From positions 1 to 62,052 of the IMG/VR virus record IMGVR_UViG_3300021091_004741: a stretch of 62,052 nt of DNA. One strand, given 5' to 3'. Origin of the DNA: a virus. Taxonomy: Duplodnaviria > Caudoviricetes. Positions 38,430 through 48,287 of the stretch are shown in pieces (position 1 is the first letter of the stretch; each line of letters begins with the position of its first letter). Position numbers and translations under genes: made by a program. The notes beneath the pieces are model-generated. The model made no database searches and was not told the DNA's origin. It saw only the letters and a program-made list of their open reading frames with translations.

Positions 38430-40235
38430 TTATCTCAACTCTCTCAAATCAAATGTTCTAACTCCGTCAACTGTGATTCTACCATAGAAACGGTTGTTAA
38501 CCATTTTCTTAGCGTATCTAGTCATGATACCCTTGATAGGTGTAAAGTTGAATGGATTGTACATTGTTGGAGTAAGTTGTAATGGTACATATGGAGCGTA
38601 GATGTAACCTGTATCAAGTAAAGATGTACCTTTGTGTCCCAATAACACTTGGTTTGGTGGGAAATAAGGGTCTCTATAAACTTGATATCTACCAGCTAAA
38701 GTACCGATTCTTTCAATACCCATGTTGTACTGGTCTTGCTCAGGAGCTGCGTTTGAAACGTGGAAATACTCCAAGTCATCAAAAATAGCACTGATTTCAG
38801 AAGATACAACAATCCAATTAGCACCACCTCTTAAGGTAGATTTGTGGATTTGAGCTGAAATTTGGTTGATAGCTGTTATAAGCGTTTGGTTCCAGTCTTT
38901 CTGAGTATAAGGAACAGCACCTGTACCTAATCTCTTCCAACCGTTGTAATCCCATCTTAAGTTCCAAGCCGCACCTTTCCTAAGGTCTCTCAAGATTTCT
39001 CTATCGATTTCAGCTGCAACTTGCTCAGACAATAAAGCTGTCAATTCAGCTTCAGCGTCGATGTTGTGGAATGCTGCAACGTCTTGTGCCATTTCAGGAG
39101 ACCATTGAGCTCTTAATTTTCTTTCAGTTACAGAAACTGTTACTGACATAAGGTCAAATGAAACCTCACCAATTCTATCTTCGAATTCCAAGTTTTTGTA
39201 AATTCTGTACTTAGCAGTGAACGCGTTGTCAAATGCTGTTGAAGATGAGAATGTTGAACCTGTGTAACCGTCCATTGAACCTCCACAAGTTACACATACA
39301 GGTACCTGTAAGTCAACTTCTAAAAAGATTTTTCCATCAGGTGTACAAAGGTCGTCATATTGACCACCATCAGTTTTAGAATTGGGGAATATTGCAGTTG
39401 TGTTGTTATTACCATACTGAACAATTCCTTTACCATATCTTTGAGTTACTACTCTGAAAAGATAAGGGTTGGATGTGTTTGCCGATGTTGTGGTGTTACC
39501 TGCAACTCCGTAAATAGTCAAATCAGACAAGAAAGCTTCGTTGTCCATTGGTTGACCATCAGGACCGATAAGCTTACCTGCACCGTCAGATGCAAAACCT
39601 GTCATTTCGATAAGTACTTTTCTATAGTCGCTATAAGTGTAAGCTGAAGCGGTTAAAGTGTCCACTAACCAAGAAACAGTACGTACACTAGCAGTAATAG
39701 CTGAATACTGTCCTTTAGAGTAGTCAAATAGACCTGGTGGGTCTAAAGCTGGTTCATTACCTTCATAAAATCTATCATAAAGGTCTTTTTGTGTGTTATA
39801 GTCATATCCTGATTGTGGTGTCTGGTCAGCAGCAGCGTTCGGAGAACCATACGGTGGGTAGTGAATACCAGTGGTTGCCAAATTGTCTGGGTCAGTATAT
39901 GCCTGAATGTTTGGTACAAAGTAGAACAATTTACCGATTGGTAAGTTCATAGCTTGTACAGATACGATGTCATTAGCTAATAACTTAGAGAAAACTCTTC
40001 TTACGATTGGAAAAACAACAGTTTCGAATGCACCTGTGTCGGATGTAGATGCAGCCTCGTTGATTAAGAAAGAAGCTTGGTTTTCATAAAGTTGAGCTAC
40101 GTTTTCTCTCATGTGACCTTTAAGACCCTCTAAGAATCCTAATTTGTCCCATTTGTTGATTGTGTCTTCTTTGATAACTTTAAGGTGCTTAAGACCGATG
40201 TTACCAACAAGACCTGATTCTAATAATGCTCCCAT
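38430..40235 (-). CDS. Major capsid protein (T4 gp23-like)
   Basis: FPIVRRVF, VSVQAMNLPIGKLF, RKLRAQWSPEMAQD...IDAEAELT.LLSEQVAAEIDREI, GYIYAPYVPL, KGIMTRYA. Confidence 0.96.
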   Translation of the reverse strand: MGALLESGLVGNIGLKHLKVIKEDTINKWDKLGFLEGLKGHMRENVAQLYENQASFLINEAASTSDTGAFETVVFPIVRRVFSKLLANDIVSVQAMNLPIGKLFYFVPNIQAYTDPDNLATTGIHYPPYGSPNAAADQTPQSGYDYNTQKDLYDRFYEGNEPALDPPGLFDYSKGQYSAITASVRTVSWLVDTLTASAYTYSDYRKVLIEMTGFASDGAGKLIGPDGQPMDNEAFLSDLTIYGVAGNTTTSANTSNPYLFRVVTQRYGKGIVQYGNNNTTAIFPNSKTDGGQYDDLCTPDGKIFLEVDLQVPVCVTCGGSMDGYTGSTFSSSTAFDNAFTAKYRIYKNLEFEDRIGEVSFDLMSVTVSVTERKLRAQWSPEMAQDVAAFHNIDAEAELTALLSEQVAAEIDREILRDLRKGAAWNLRWDYNGWKRLGTGAVPYTQKDWNQTLITAINQISAQIHKSTLRGGANWIVVSSEISAIFDDLEYFHVSNAAPEQDQYNMGIERIGTLAGRYQVYRDPYFPPNQVLLGHKGTSLLDTGYIYAPYVPLQLTPTMYNPFNFTPIKGIMTRYAKKMVNNRFYGRITVDGVRTFDLRELR

Positions 40236-40275
40236 TTTGATTGGTTTTTATTTTTTATTTATTTTTTGTTTTTTA

Positions 40276-42075
40276 TTAACCTAATTTACTCATTAAGTCT
40301 CTCATTCTTATGAATTGAGGATTTTCGTAGGTTTTAGATTCAATAAGTGAAGTTGAAGAACCTGTTGAAACAGTTTTATCTAACTTAGGTGCAACTGATT
40401 CATTTATTGATTTTGATTCTCTTCCACCCAACTCATCCTTCAAAGATTTGTAAAGATTTTTTGATTCTTTTAAAGTTTCAACATCATCAAATCTTCTAAG
40501 AATATTGATTTTTTCTTTTTTGGTGGTTGAATGTTCAGTGAACAATCTAGTTGCGTAAGCTAAGTTCGAATTGAAGATAGCAACTTCATTAAGTTTTTCT
40601 CTAAAAATATTTAATGCTTTTCTATATTCTTCATTTTTCTCTCTCAACATTGATACTTCTGATTCCAAGGATTCAACTTTTACTCCGTTATTACCGTAAA
40701 CATAATTTCTATTGTTAGTAATACCTTTTCTTAGTCCTCTTCCTTCTTTTGAACCCATGCCATAAGTTCTTGCAGCTTCGTGGGTTTCTCTTTTTTCGAA
40801 ACCAGCGTCATCTCTACGAGCCTTAGTGGTTTTAAGGTGTTTTGAAGCAATTTTACCATGCTTCATTGATAACCTTTCATCCTCTTTGTCTTTGTATCCT
40901 TGACCTTCTTTTGTTTCTGCTTTAACAACTTTTGACTTGCCTTCCATATTTTCACCTTTTTTGTACTCGAACTTAGCCTTACCTGTACCCATGGTTTTTG
41001 GACCTTCTTTTTTGTCCTCTTTGAAACCACCAGTAACTTTGTCCTTGTAAGAAAATTTAGGACCGTGACCAATTCCAGTACCTTTAGGTTTTACTGTCAT
41101 ATTTTTACCCTCTTTCGTTTCAGATTTTTTAACCTTCTTGTGGTCGTATGCTTCTTCCAATGATTCATCCATATCTCCGTCATGAGTTTCGTCCATAGCA
41201 TCTTCATCATCTTCGCACATCTTGTCGTCCTCGTCCATAGCGTCTTCATCATCTTCGTCCATCATTCCGTGATGAGTTTCGTCCATAGCATCCTCATCAT
41301 GAGTTTCGTCCATAGCGTCTTCATCATCTTCGTCCATCATTCCGTGATGAGTTTCGTCCATAGCATCTTCGTCATGAGTTTCGTCCATAGCGTCTTCATC
41401 ATCTTCGTCCATCATTCCGTGATGAGTTTCGTCCATAGCGTCTTCATCATCTTCGTCAAACTGAATTTCATAAACAACTTCTTCCTCCATGGAATTACCC
41501 ATCTCCTCTGTGTCAAAATCTTTTACGTCCATTAAATCCACTTCATCAGTGTCTTTGTTTGCGAAAATAGCGTCAATGACATCATCGATTGCTTCGGTTT
41601 TTTCGTTTCTCATTTCTTTGATTGTTTTTTTCTTTGATTCAGATTCACCAAGCTTCACAAGGTATTCTACATCAGCATCATTGTCCATTAGGTGTACGTT
41701 ATCACCGTCTTTTTTCACGATGATACCATCTTCTTCACCCATAGCTTTAAAAACCTTAAGAATTTCTTCGTCAGAAGCGTTAGTCAAATCTATTGGAAGT
41801 TCTTCAGATTCAACATCGAAATCGATGTCTTCATCTTCAGGATTATCTACAGTCATATCAACTTCTGTATCGCCATCAGGTTTTACATCTGTTTCAATTT
41901 CTGCGTCTGCATCAACCTCATCGTCGGATTGTTCCGAAAGAGATTCTTTTACTAACTGATTGATTTCTTCCTTCATTGTAGAAGCAAGTATTCCTTTTGC
42001 ATTTTCGGCGATAGCTTCTTCAACTTGTTTCATTTGAATGAACGCCTCTTCAACTAGCTTATTTTTTTCTTGCAT
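40276..42075 (-). CDS. Prohead core scaffolding protein (gp22-like position)
   Basis: Highly acidic with a coiled-coil C-terminus (LNEVAIFNSNLAY); directly upstream of the capsid gene; many xxE sites. Confidence 0.75.
   Translation of the reverse strand: MQEKNKLVEEAFIQMKQVEEAIAENAKGILASTMKEEINQLVKESLSEQSDDEVDADAEIETDVKPDGDTEVDMTVDNPEDEDIDFDVESEELPIDLTNASDEEILKVFKAMGEEDGIIVKKDGDNVHLMDNDADVEYLVKLGESESKKKTIKEMRNEKTEAIDDVIDAIFANKDTDEVDLMDVKDFDTEEMGNSMEEEVVYEIQFDEDDEDAMDETHHGMMDEDDEDAMDETHDEDAMDETHHGMMDEDDEDAMDETHDEDAMDETHHGMMDEDDEDAMDEDDKMCEDDEDAMDETHDGDMDESLEEAYDHKKVKKSETKEGKNMTVKPKGTGIGHGPKFSYKDKVTGGFKEDKKEGPKTMGTGKAKFEYKKGENMEGKSKVVKAETKEGQGYKDKEDERLSMKHGKIASKHLKTTKARRDDAGFEKRETHEAARTYGMGSKEGRGLRKGITNNRNYVYGNNGVKVESLESEVSMLREKNEEYRKALNIFREKLNEVAIFNSNLAYATRLFTEHSTTKKEKINILRRFDDVETLKESKNLYKSLKDELGGRESKSINESVAPKLDKTVSTGSSTSLIESKTYENPQFIRMRDLMSKLG
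41181..41457 (-). repeat. In-frame tandem repeat (75-bp period = 48+27 bp) in the scaffold gene
   Basis: ATGAGTTTCGTCCATAGC recurs near 41182, 41272, 41299, 41347, 41374 and 41422; it encodes DEDDEDAMDETHHGMM and DEDAMDETH units. Confidence 0.92.
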
Positions 42076-42094
42076 GAAAATTGTATTAATTTAT

Positions 42095-42187
42095 CTAATA
42101 AATAGTATCAAATAAGAAAAAGTTTATTTTTTGATATCACAAAAAACATATATCTCAGTAGTGGGTAATTAATTTCTAATAAATAGT
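42095..42187 (-). promoter_or_regulatory. Duplicated TATTTAT late-promoter-like elements upstream of scaffold/capsid genes
   Basis: CTAATAAATAGT at 42095-42106 and 42176-42187, each with a similar AT-rich flank. Confidence 0.6.
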
Positions 42188-42197
42188 TCCATAAAAT

Positions 42198-42222
42198 AAA
42201 AAAAGTGGTCAGAGACCACTTT
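42198..42222 (-). terminator. Rho-independent terminator
   Basis: Minus strand AAAGTGGTC-TCT-GACCAC-TTTTTTT just after the 42227 stop. Confidence 0.8.
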
Positions 42223-42226
42223 CATA

Positions 42227-42439
42227 TTATTTTTCGATTACTTCATCGATTTTACTTTCGGATACCGAAGTTATCCTCCATTCGTAAGAAAAACTTTCAT
42301 ATCGCTTAGTGACCTTAGCTTCAACATCGGTTACTGAAAATCCTCTTACTAATTTTTCTTCTCTAATTTTTTTAATTTTTCCTGTATTCTCATCAGCTAA
42401 TTCGTACTGAATTTTTGCTACAAAATATTTTTCGTCCAT
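42227..42439 (-). CDS. DUF4494-like small protein
   Basis: YFVAKIQYE...GKIKKIRE..LV...SVTDVEAKV...ITSVSESKI.EV resembles the Bacteroidota DUF4494 family. Confidence 0.55.
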   Translation of the reverse strand: MDEKYFVAKIQYELADENTGKIKKIREEKLVRGFSVTDVEAKVTKRYESFSYEWRITSVSESKIDEVIEK

Positions 42440-42445
42440 AAATAA

Positions 42446-43168
42446 TTATTTTCCTAAATAATCCGTAAGTTTTCTCATTAAATCAATAGATTTGTTAGCG
42501 TCTCCACTAATATCCGAAGATTTTATTTTCTTTTCCTCTTCTATGTTTTCTTCGTATTTGTTTCTATCTTCAGGATTATCAAAAAGATAGGCGCCTGGTG
42601 TAGATGGCGATGAAACTAAATCAAAACATATCAATTCAAAATCATCTTGAACTTCATTTCTTTCTCCCACTTTTTTTAAAGAACCAACTCCTCTCGAAGA
42701 TATACCCATTGTTACTCCTTGTCTCATTAGATTTGCTGCAACATCTCCTTTACTCGAAACTATACCTCTTTCATGGAATCCTGGACTTGTCAAAAGTTTC
42801 AATTTACCCATGAGAATATTCTTGTCCCACCAAATATCAGTTATAATATGTGATACTCTATCCAAATCAATAAGCGATGATTCGGGGTGGTTCAATTCAG
42901 AAGTTGAAAGTCCTTTATCAATTATATTTTTGTATCTATCGGCTTCCCTTTTCAAGATTGGTTCAGGATAAGTTCTTCCATTTCTGTTTGGTACATTGTA
43001 CTTTTGTAAAACTGCATAAAACTCGAAAGGGTTTCTATAATCTAATTTCGATGATTCTTGAAGAACTTTAGCATTCAATTCATTTTTTGGAGAAATCCAA
43101 CCTGCATCCATCTCGACTAAAATCCCATGACCTAACTCATGAGCTTCTAATATTCTTAATTCTTTCAT
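42446..43168 (-). CDS. Prohead maturation protease (T4 gp21-like)
   Basis: NRNGRTYP, ELNHPE, DRVSHII, GISSRGVGS, FDLVSSPSTPGAY. Confidence 0.93.
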   Translation of the reverse strand: MKELRILEAHELGHGILVEMDAGWISPKNELNAKVLQESSKLDYRNPFEFYAVLQKYNVPNRNGRTYPEPILKREADRYKNIIDKGLSTSELNHPESSLIDLDRVSHIITDIWWDKNILMGKLKLLTSPGFHERGIVSSKGDVAANLMRQGVTMGISSRGVGSLKKVGERNEVQDDFELICFDLVSSPSTPGAYLFDNPEDRNKYEENIEEEKKIKSSDISGDANKSIDLMRKLTDYLGK

Positions 43169-43207
43169 TTAATCTTTTCTGATAAATATAATCAAGTGGA
43201 TTGTTTA

Positions 43208-43645
43208 TTAAGATTGTGGTTTTTTGGTATAATGAAATTCAAAATATTTGTTTTTATCAATGTTGTTCTGATAAATTGATTTCACAATTTTTTTAATTGA
43301 TTCTTTGGTTTCAAATGATTTGAAATCTAACTCATCGTTTGTGTAGAGATTAATTTCCAAATTGAAAAAAGATTTTTTTCCATATAAGATACCACTAGTT
43401 CTTAAGTCTAAGTCAACTATAGTTTCTTGTCTGAATTGATTTGTATTTATTGAATTGAAAACTGTGTGTTTGATTTCTCTATTAAGATTACAAACAATTC
43501 TATTCCAATTTTCTAATTCTTCTTTTGGTGTCACCCAAGATTGAATGTTTACGAATATTGATTTGAGATTTTTAGAATCGACTGTACCATATACAGATTT
43601 TATTGTGTTGTACAGATTTAGTTTTACGCTCTTGCCTTTTTTCAT
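43208..43645 (-). CDS. Hypothetical protein
   Basis: 145-aa ORF in the head module. Confidence 0.7.
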   Translation of the reverse strand: MKKGKSVKLNLYNTIKSVYGTVDSKNLKSIFVNIQSWVTPKEELENWNRIVCNLNREIKHTVFNSINTNQFRQETIVDLDLRTSGILYGKKSFFNLEINLYTNDELDFKSFETKESIKKIVKSIYQNNIDKNKYFEFHYTKKPQS

Positions 43646-43740
43646 TAAGTTTCATATTACTATTAGTTTATTTTTTATAAAAATAGTAGTAGTTTTACTT
43701 AATGTCAAAAATTTGAACAAATTAAGAATATTTCTAGTAT

Positions 43741-43932
43741 ATGATTATTATCGAAATAAAAAACAACGAAAACTTAGAAAGAGCATTAAAGACACTCAAA
43801 TCCAAAGTAATTAAAACTAAACAAAATCAACTCCTTTTAAAAAAAAAGGAATATACTAAACCTTCCGTTGTAAAAAGAACCGCTAAGTTAAAAGCTATTT
43901 TTTTAGAAAGGAAAAAAAAACAATTAGATTGA
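43741..43932 (+). CDS. rpsU: Ribosomal protein bS21 (phage-encoded)
   Basis: MIIIEIKNNENLERALKTLKSKVIKT...EYTKPSVVKR..KLKA matches the bS21 pattern (E.ieRALkrfKrk...F.KPS..rr); Bacteroidota-like N-terminus. Confidence 0.88.
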   Translation: MIIIEIKNNENLERALKTLKSKVIKTKQNQLLLKKKEYTKPSVVKRTAKLKAIFLERKKKQLD

Positions 43933-44625
43933 TTCTTCTAATTTTTTCAATTTCAAATAAGTTATTTGGTCAAACTTTTCTTTACTAACTCTTTCCAAAG
44001 TTTCGGAGATTCTATCTCTGATTTCTGAGTCATTCTCATTCTTCATAATAGATTTCAATTTCAGGATAGTATTTTCTCTGAGAGATTCAAACTTTGTTTT
44101 TAAATTATCTGTGTCCTCAGACAATAGTTGTATGAACTCCTTTTTGGTGTTTTCATCAAAAGATTCCAAATAATTCGAAATTGTTTGATTTGCGATTTTC
44201 ACCATTGATTTAATTGGAATATTAACAGCTTCAATTATTTTATGACTTTTCTTAGATGTTAAAACTTTAATAATGTTCTTTTTAGATTCGATTCTCTCGT
44301 GCAAATCAGTTTTATTTATATAAACTAAATTGTCAATATCTTGGTATCCATTTACAACAGTTCTATCAGAACTTGTATTGATTTTAGTTGTGGATAGAAG
44401 TTTCCTAATTAAAAAAATACCTTCGGATAAAAAATCTTTTGCATCATTTTCACTGAAATCTTGCGGGCTACTCAATTGGTCATAAATTGAATATATCTTT
44501 GATATATTCTTATTGTTCAGGATGTTCTGTTTAAACTCCTTCAAAGTTTTTTTGAACTCAGTCTCATTCCTATAAGACTCTAACAAGTTGTTTTCTATAA
44601 CCGATTTTATTTGCCCGAATGTCAT
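43924..44625 (-). CDS. Hypothetical head-module protein
   Basis: 233-aa ORF right after the portal gene; LLE/IIE motifs. Confidence 0.7.
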   Translation of the reverse strand: MTFGQIKSVIENNLLESYRNETEFKKTLKEFKQNILNNKNISKIYSIYDQLSSPQDFSENDAKDFLSEGIFLIRKLLSTTKINTSSDRTVVNGYQDIDNLVYINKTDLHERIESKKNIIKVLTSKKSHKIIEAVNIPIKSMVKIANQTISNYLESFDENTKKEFIQLLSEDTDNLKTKFESLRENTILKLKSIMKNENDSEIRDRISETLERVSKEKFDQITYLKLKKLEESI

Positions 44626-44647
44626 CTTGGTATTTTTCCTATAAATA

Positions 44648-46486
44648 TTATGAATTTAATAACTTATCTAACTCTTTTTCAATTTCTCCCAAAGATTCTT
44701 GAGCATGTCCTAATTGTAAAACTTTTCTTCCTTCAATCATGTTATTTTCCACTAAAATATTCAAACTATCCATTCTACTTTCAGGAGCTAATTCAGGCTC
44801 ACCTGCTGGTGGTGTTTCTAGTGTAGGTGCGGCTGGTTCAGGTAAAGCAGCACCGGCTTCAGGTGCAGGTCCAAGTTCCTCAGCACCACCTGGTGTTGTA
44901 GATGCACCCACGGAGGATGTTGCTCCGGTCGCACTACCATAAAGTTTGTCAATATTATCAAAGAGACCAGATTTAGTAATTACAGTTGGTGTTGCCTTTA
45001 ATTCCTCACCTACGGCTCTTTCAATTCTTTGTTGTTGTAAATCAAGTCTGATTTCATCGTCTGACCAACCAAAGATGTGTTTCTTTGCCCATGTAGAAGA
45101 TGTTGCCTGTATTCCATTTCCTGGGTCAGAAACCAAATCTTTATAAAGTAAGATTTTTTCTTTCCATACTTCCACAGTCAACAGGTCTGCCTGTTTTGAT
45201 GGGTTTGTAAGTCCTAATGTGAAGTTTGTAAGTTCGTCTTCAAAACCCAACAAAAATAAATGTATGATTGCAATTTTATTTAGTTCTTGCAACATACTTT
45301 TTTGGATTCTGTTAATCGTTCTAGCAAAACGAATATCTTGTAATGAAAGATTTTTTCCATCCCCGACAACCTCTTCAAAACCTAAAAACGCTTTTGGTAC
45401 ACGTAAGGCTGTTAATAATTTCTTTTGTATATATTCGATATCGGCAATCTCTGATAAGTTTTGAGCACCCTGTAGTGTATCAATTGGACTTGGTGCAGCT
45501 GGGTCTCGGACTGGAACAAAGTAATCTTGGTCTACAGCCATTTGATTGAATCTCATGTCTACATTTCCAGTTTTACTATCTACAATTTGTTCTCTCTTAA
45601 ACTTATTTGCAACGCGTTGTACGTATGCTTCAACATCATCATCGTTCATATTACCCACAAAAACCTTAAATATTCTTCTTTCAGGGGCTCTTGAAGTTCT
45701 ATAAATTAACATCGCATCCTCAGAAAGCAAAAGTTGTTTCCATATTCTTCTAGCTTTTTCCAACATTGAAGTTCCATAGGGTAATTTTCTATCATCACCC
45801 AATAATCTGAAGTGTGCAATCTCCCAAGATTGGAACTCCATATTTTTGTTTTTCCATGTGAAATGAAGAGCCTTTTTCTGACTGTCTAATTCTTTTGTAA
45901 TGTCAATAGAAATTTTTTGACTCACCCCAACCTCATGTCTTTCTATTTCGATTGTTGGTAATTGTTGACAACCAACAACACCTTTCTCAGGGTCCAATTT
46001 CAGATAAACAAAGTTATCACCATACTTACATGTATTTCTTGTCCACATAGGTAAGTTAGTGTTGATATCCAAGTTGTTGTTAAATAAATCAGCTAAAACA
46101 CCTTTGATTCTTTTTGACTCGGAATATATTTGTAAAATGAAACCATCCTCATTTGTGGTTGTACATTCCTCAGCGTAAATGTCCAAGGCTGCAGATATTT
46201 CAGGAGTGTATTCCATTGACTCATAATCGTATTGAGCCGACAACCTTGATGGTTCATAATAAATGGCTTGTGAGTATAAATTATTTTCAACCTTTGCCCA
46301 TTGATTTGTAAGATAATAAGTTTGTTGTGCCTGAAGTTTTTCAGACTCATATTCTTGTTTACTTTTTGTTCTTAATAATTCTTTTTTATCAAACTTGAAT
46401 GTTGGATAATCTTGATTTAATAAAGAATTAGGACCAAAAGTTTGGGATAGTCGTTGCCAAACCGTTAAATTTTGATTTTCTGCCAT
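44648..46486 (-). CDS. Portal protein (T4 gp20-like)
   Basis: PEISAALDIYAEE, PYGTSMLEKARRIWKQL.L.EDAMLIYRTSRAPERRIF, DIEYIQKKLLTALRVPK. Confidence 0.95.
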   Translation of the reverse strand: MAENQNLTVWQRLSQTFGPNSLLNQDYPTFKFDKKELLRTKSKQEYESEKLQAQQTYYLTNQWAKVENNLYSQAIYYEPSRLSAQYDYESMEYTPEISAALDIYAEECTTTNEDGFILQIYSESKRIKGVLADLFNNNLDINTNLPMWTRNTCKYGDNFVYLKLDPEKGVVGCQQLPTIEIERHEVGVSQKISIDITKELDSQKKALHFTWKNKNMEFQSWEIAHFRLLGDDRKLPYGTSMLEKARRIWKQLLLSEDAMLIYRTSRAPERRIFKVFVGNMNDDDVEAYVQRVANKFKREQIVDSKTGNVDMRFNQMAVDQDYFVPVRDPAAPSPIDTLQGAQNLSEIADIEYIQKKLLTALRVPKAFLGFEEVVGDGKNLSLQDIRFARTINRIQKSMLQELNKIAIIHLFLLGFEDELTNFTLGLTNPSKQADLLTVEVWKEKILLYKDLVSDPGNGIQATSSTWAKKHIFGWSDDEIRLDLQQQRIERAVGEELKATPTVITKSGLFDNIDKLYGSATGATSSVGASTTPGGAEELGPAPEAGAALPEPAAPTLETPPAGEPELAPESRMDSLNILVENNMIEGRKVLQLGHAQESLGEIEKELDKLLNS

Positions 46487-46523
46487 GATACAATTTAACC
46501 ATTTACGTCAATAATATAAATAG

Positions 46524-48281
46524 TTATTTTGCACCGAATAACCACCCATAGGTTTTATAATCTTGACGTGACGCACCATTCTGATAGGAGTTTTGTCTTC
46601 CCATCTGTGGGACCATTGGGTTAAAAAAGTTTGAACTATTTTTGTTTTCATTGATGGACGTTGCCCATGAGTTCAACATAGCTTTTGTATGGTTCACATT
46701 CTTCTGTATGGATTGGAAAGATTTCTCTCCGACGTATATAGCCATGGAAATTGCCATGATACAATCATCGTGTTGTCCCTTTTGGTGGTCAGGTCTTCCA
46801 TTAAGGTAAATGAATGTATTCATCTCATTATAAGTTCTGTGAGAATATATTTTGAAATCGTGTCTAATTGCTTCTTCAAAAGCAGCAATTATTTGAACTC
46901 TTTTAGTATTGAAATTGATACCAGGTATTTTATCCTGTATTTTGGGGTCCCATTTCCATTTCTTATTTGGGTCTAAATTATCTACATACAATCCATGTTC
47001 ATAGTTCATTTCTTGTAACTTTCTCGCGGTTGAAACACCCATACCTCCCGTGATATCTATAACTCCATAGGCGTTATACATAGAACCCCATTTATACCCA
47101 ATCTCCGCCAATACATCAGGTGGAATCTTCCCAACATACTCCAAGACTTGTTCTCTTTCATCAAAATCAATTATTTGTATACTAGAATAATCTTCTGAAT
47201 CTCCTCTCGATACGTCAAGTCCCATAATATATTTGTGACCTCCAACAGGTTCTTTGAAAATCCAAAGCGCAGAACCCATAAGTTTGGCTTGTGGTTCTCT
47301 TAATTGGTTTTTGGAAATTTTCTGCATAATATCCGGCTCAAAAACATTGTCTCCTGAACCAAGAAAATTACATTCTAATTCTTGTGCTACTTTTCTTTTA
47401 TCAAACTTCAATTTTTTTACCATTCCTTCGAACCAAGAGGAGCAAGGTTTGTATCCTTGTTCAATATATTTTTTTAATTCACTATGGTCTCTATCGTATG
47501 GATTATCAATAGATAAATCAACAACAATGTCTTTGGGATAATCTTCTCTATTGAGAAGATAATGAACTAAATCATTTGTTTTGACCATGTAAAGGTCTTT
47601 CGTATATCTTGGGTCTCTATACCAAAACATCTGAGAGATTTTAAATTCATTCATCCCTCTAAGAGCTTGATTGTAGATATCATAATAAATTGCATCATAG
47701 CCGTTTGGTGTGGAAATAACAATAACTTTACCACCTGTGGAAAGTGAGGCCATACACGCTGACCAAAAGTCATCATCCCCCTCTATGAATGCCGCCTCGT
47801 CAAAAATAAGAATCGTAGGTGTATAACCTCTCAAGGCATCTTTAGAAGTTGCTACTGCTTTTACTTCACAATCATTCGTGAGTTTGAAATGTCTTTGTGA
47901 GTTTTTTTCTTGTGAAAAACCAACACCAACCCATGCTGGCCATTGTTCTGTGAAACTTCTAACTTTATTAGCGAACTCAACTGATGTATCAAGTTTGTTC
48001 GCAATTATTAATATTTTTTCAGGTTTTTGTTTTTTGGCAAAAACTAATTTTTTCGAAGCCCAAGCTGCGGTAACTGTAGAAACACCAGCCTGTCTATATT
48101 TTAATGCAATATTTTCATTGAAAGAATCGTAATCTTCAATCAAAGATATTTGGTCTGGAAATAAATCTAAAGGGACGTATTTGGAAACTGTGTTGTCGTA
48201 GGTTTGTAAATACGTACGAAGTGCATAAGGAGTGTTCCTCATACACTTGGTACCTTCGATAATTACTTGTTCTTTAGTCAC
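46524..48281 (-). CDS. Terminase large subunit (T4 gp17-like)
   Basis: LKYRQAGVST, ILIFDEAAF, ISTPNG, QELECNF, MGLDVSRG, HDDCIMA; GTG start. Confidence 0.95.
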   Translation of the reverse strand: MTKEQVIIEGTKCMRNTPYALRTYLQTYDNTVSKYVPLDLFPDQISLIEDYDSFNENIALKYRQAGVSTVTAAWASKKLVFAKKQKPEKILIIANKLDTSVEFANKVRSFTEQWPAWVGVGFSQEKNSQRHFKLTNDCEVKAVATSKDALRGYTPTILIFDEAAFIEGDDDFWSACMASLSTGGKVIVISTPNGYDAIYYDIYNQALRGMNEFKISQMFWYRDPRYTKDLYMVKTNDLVHYLLNREDYPKDIVVDLSIDNPYDRDHSELKKYIEQGYKPCSSWFEGMVKKLKFDKRKVAQELECNFLGSGDNVFEPDIMQKISKNQLREPQAKLMGSALWIFKEPVGGHKYIMGLDVSRGDSEDYSSIQIIDFDEREQVLEYVGKIPPDVLAEIGYKWGSMYNAYGVIDITGGMGVSTARKLQEMNYEHGLYVDNLDPNKKWKWDPKIQDKIPGINFNTKRVQIIAAFEEAIRHDFKIYSHRTYNEMNTFIYLNGRPDHQKGQHDDCIMAISMAIYVGEKSFQSIQKNVNHTKAMLNSWATSINENKNSSNFFNPMVPQMGRQNSYQNGASRQDYKTYGWLFGAK

Positions 48282-48287
48282 AAAAAG

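Noticed and set aside
41181-41535. Repeat array as a possible CRISPR, and the plus-strand MSFVHS repeat ORF
   Set aside because: Units are multiples of 3 with no unique spacers, lie in frame in the scaffold gene, and no cas genes are present; the plus-strand ORF is a shadow.
46524-48281. Intein or intron in terminase, portal or capsid genes
   Set aside because: Lengths and motif spacing are continuous; no intein termini or homing endonuclease motifs were seen.
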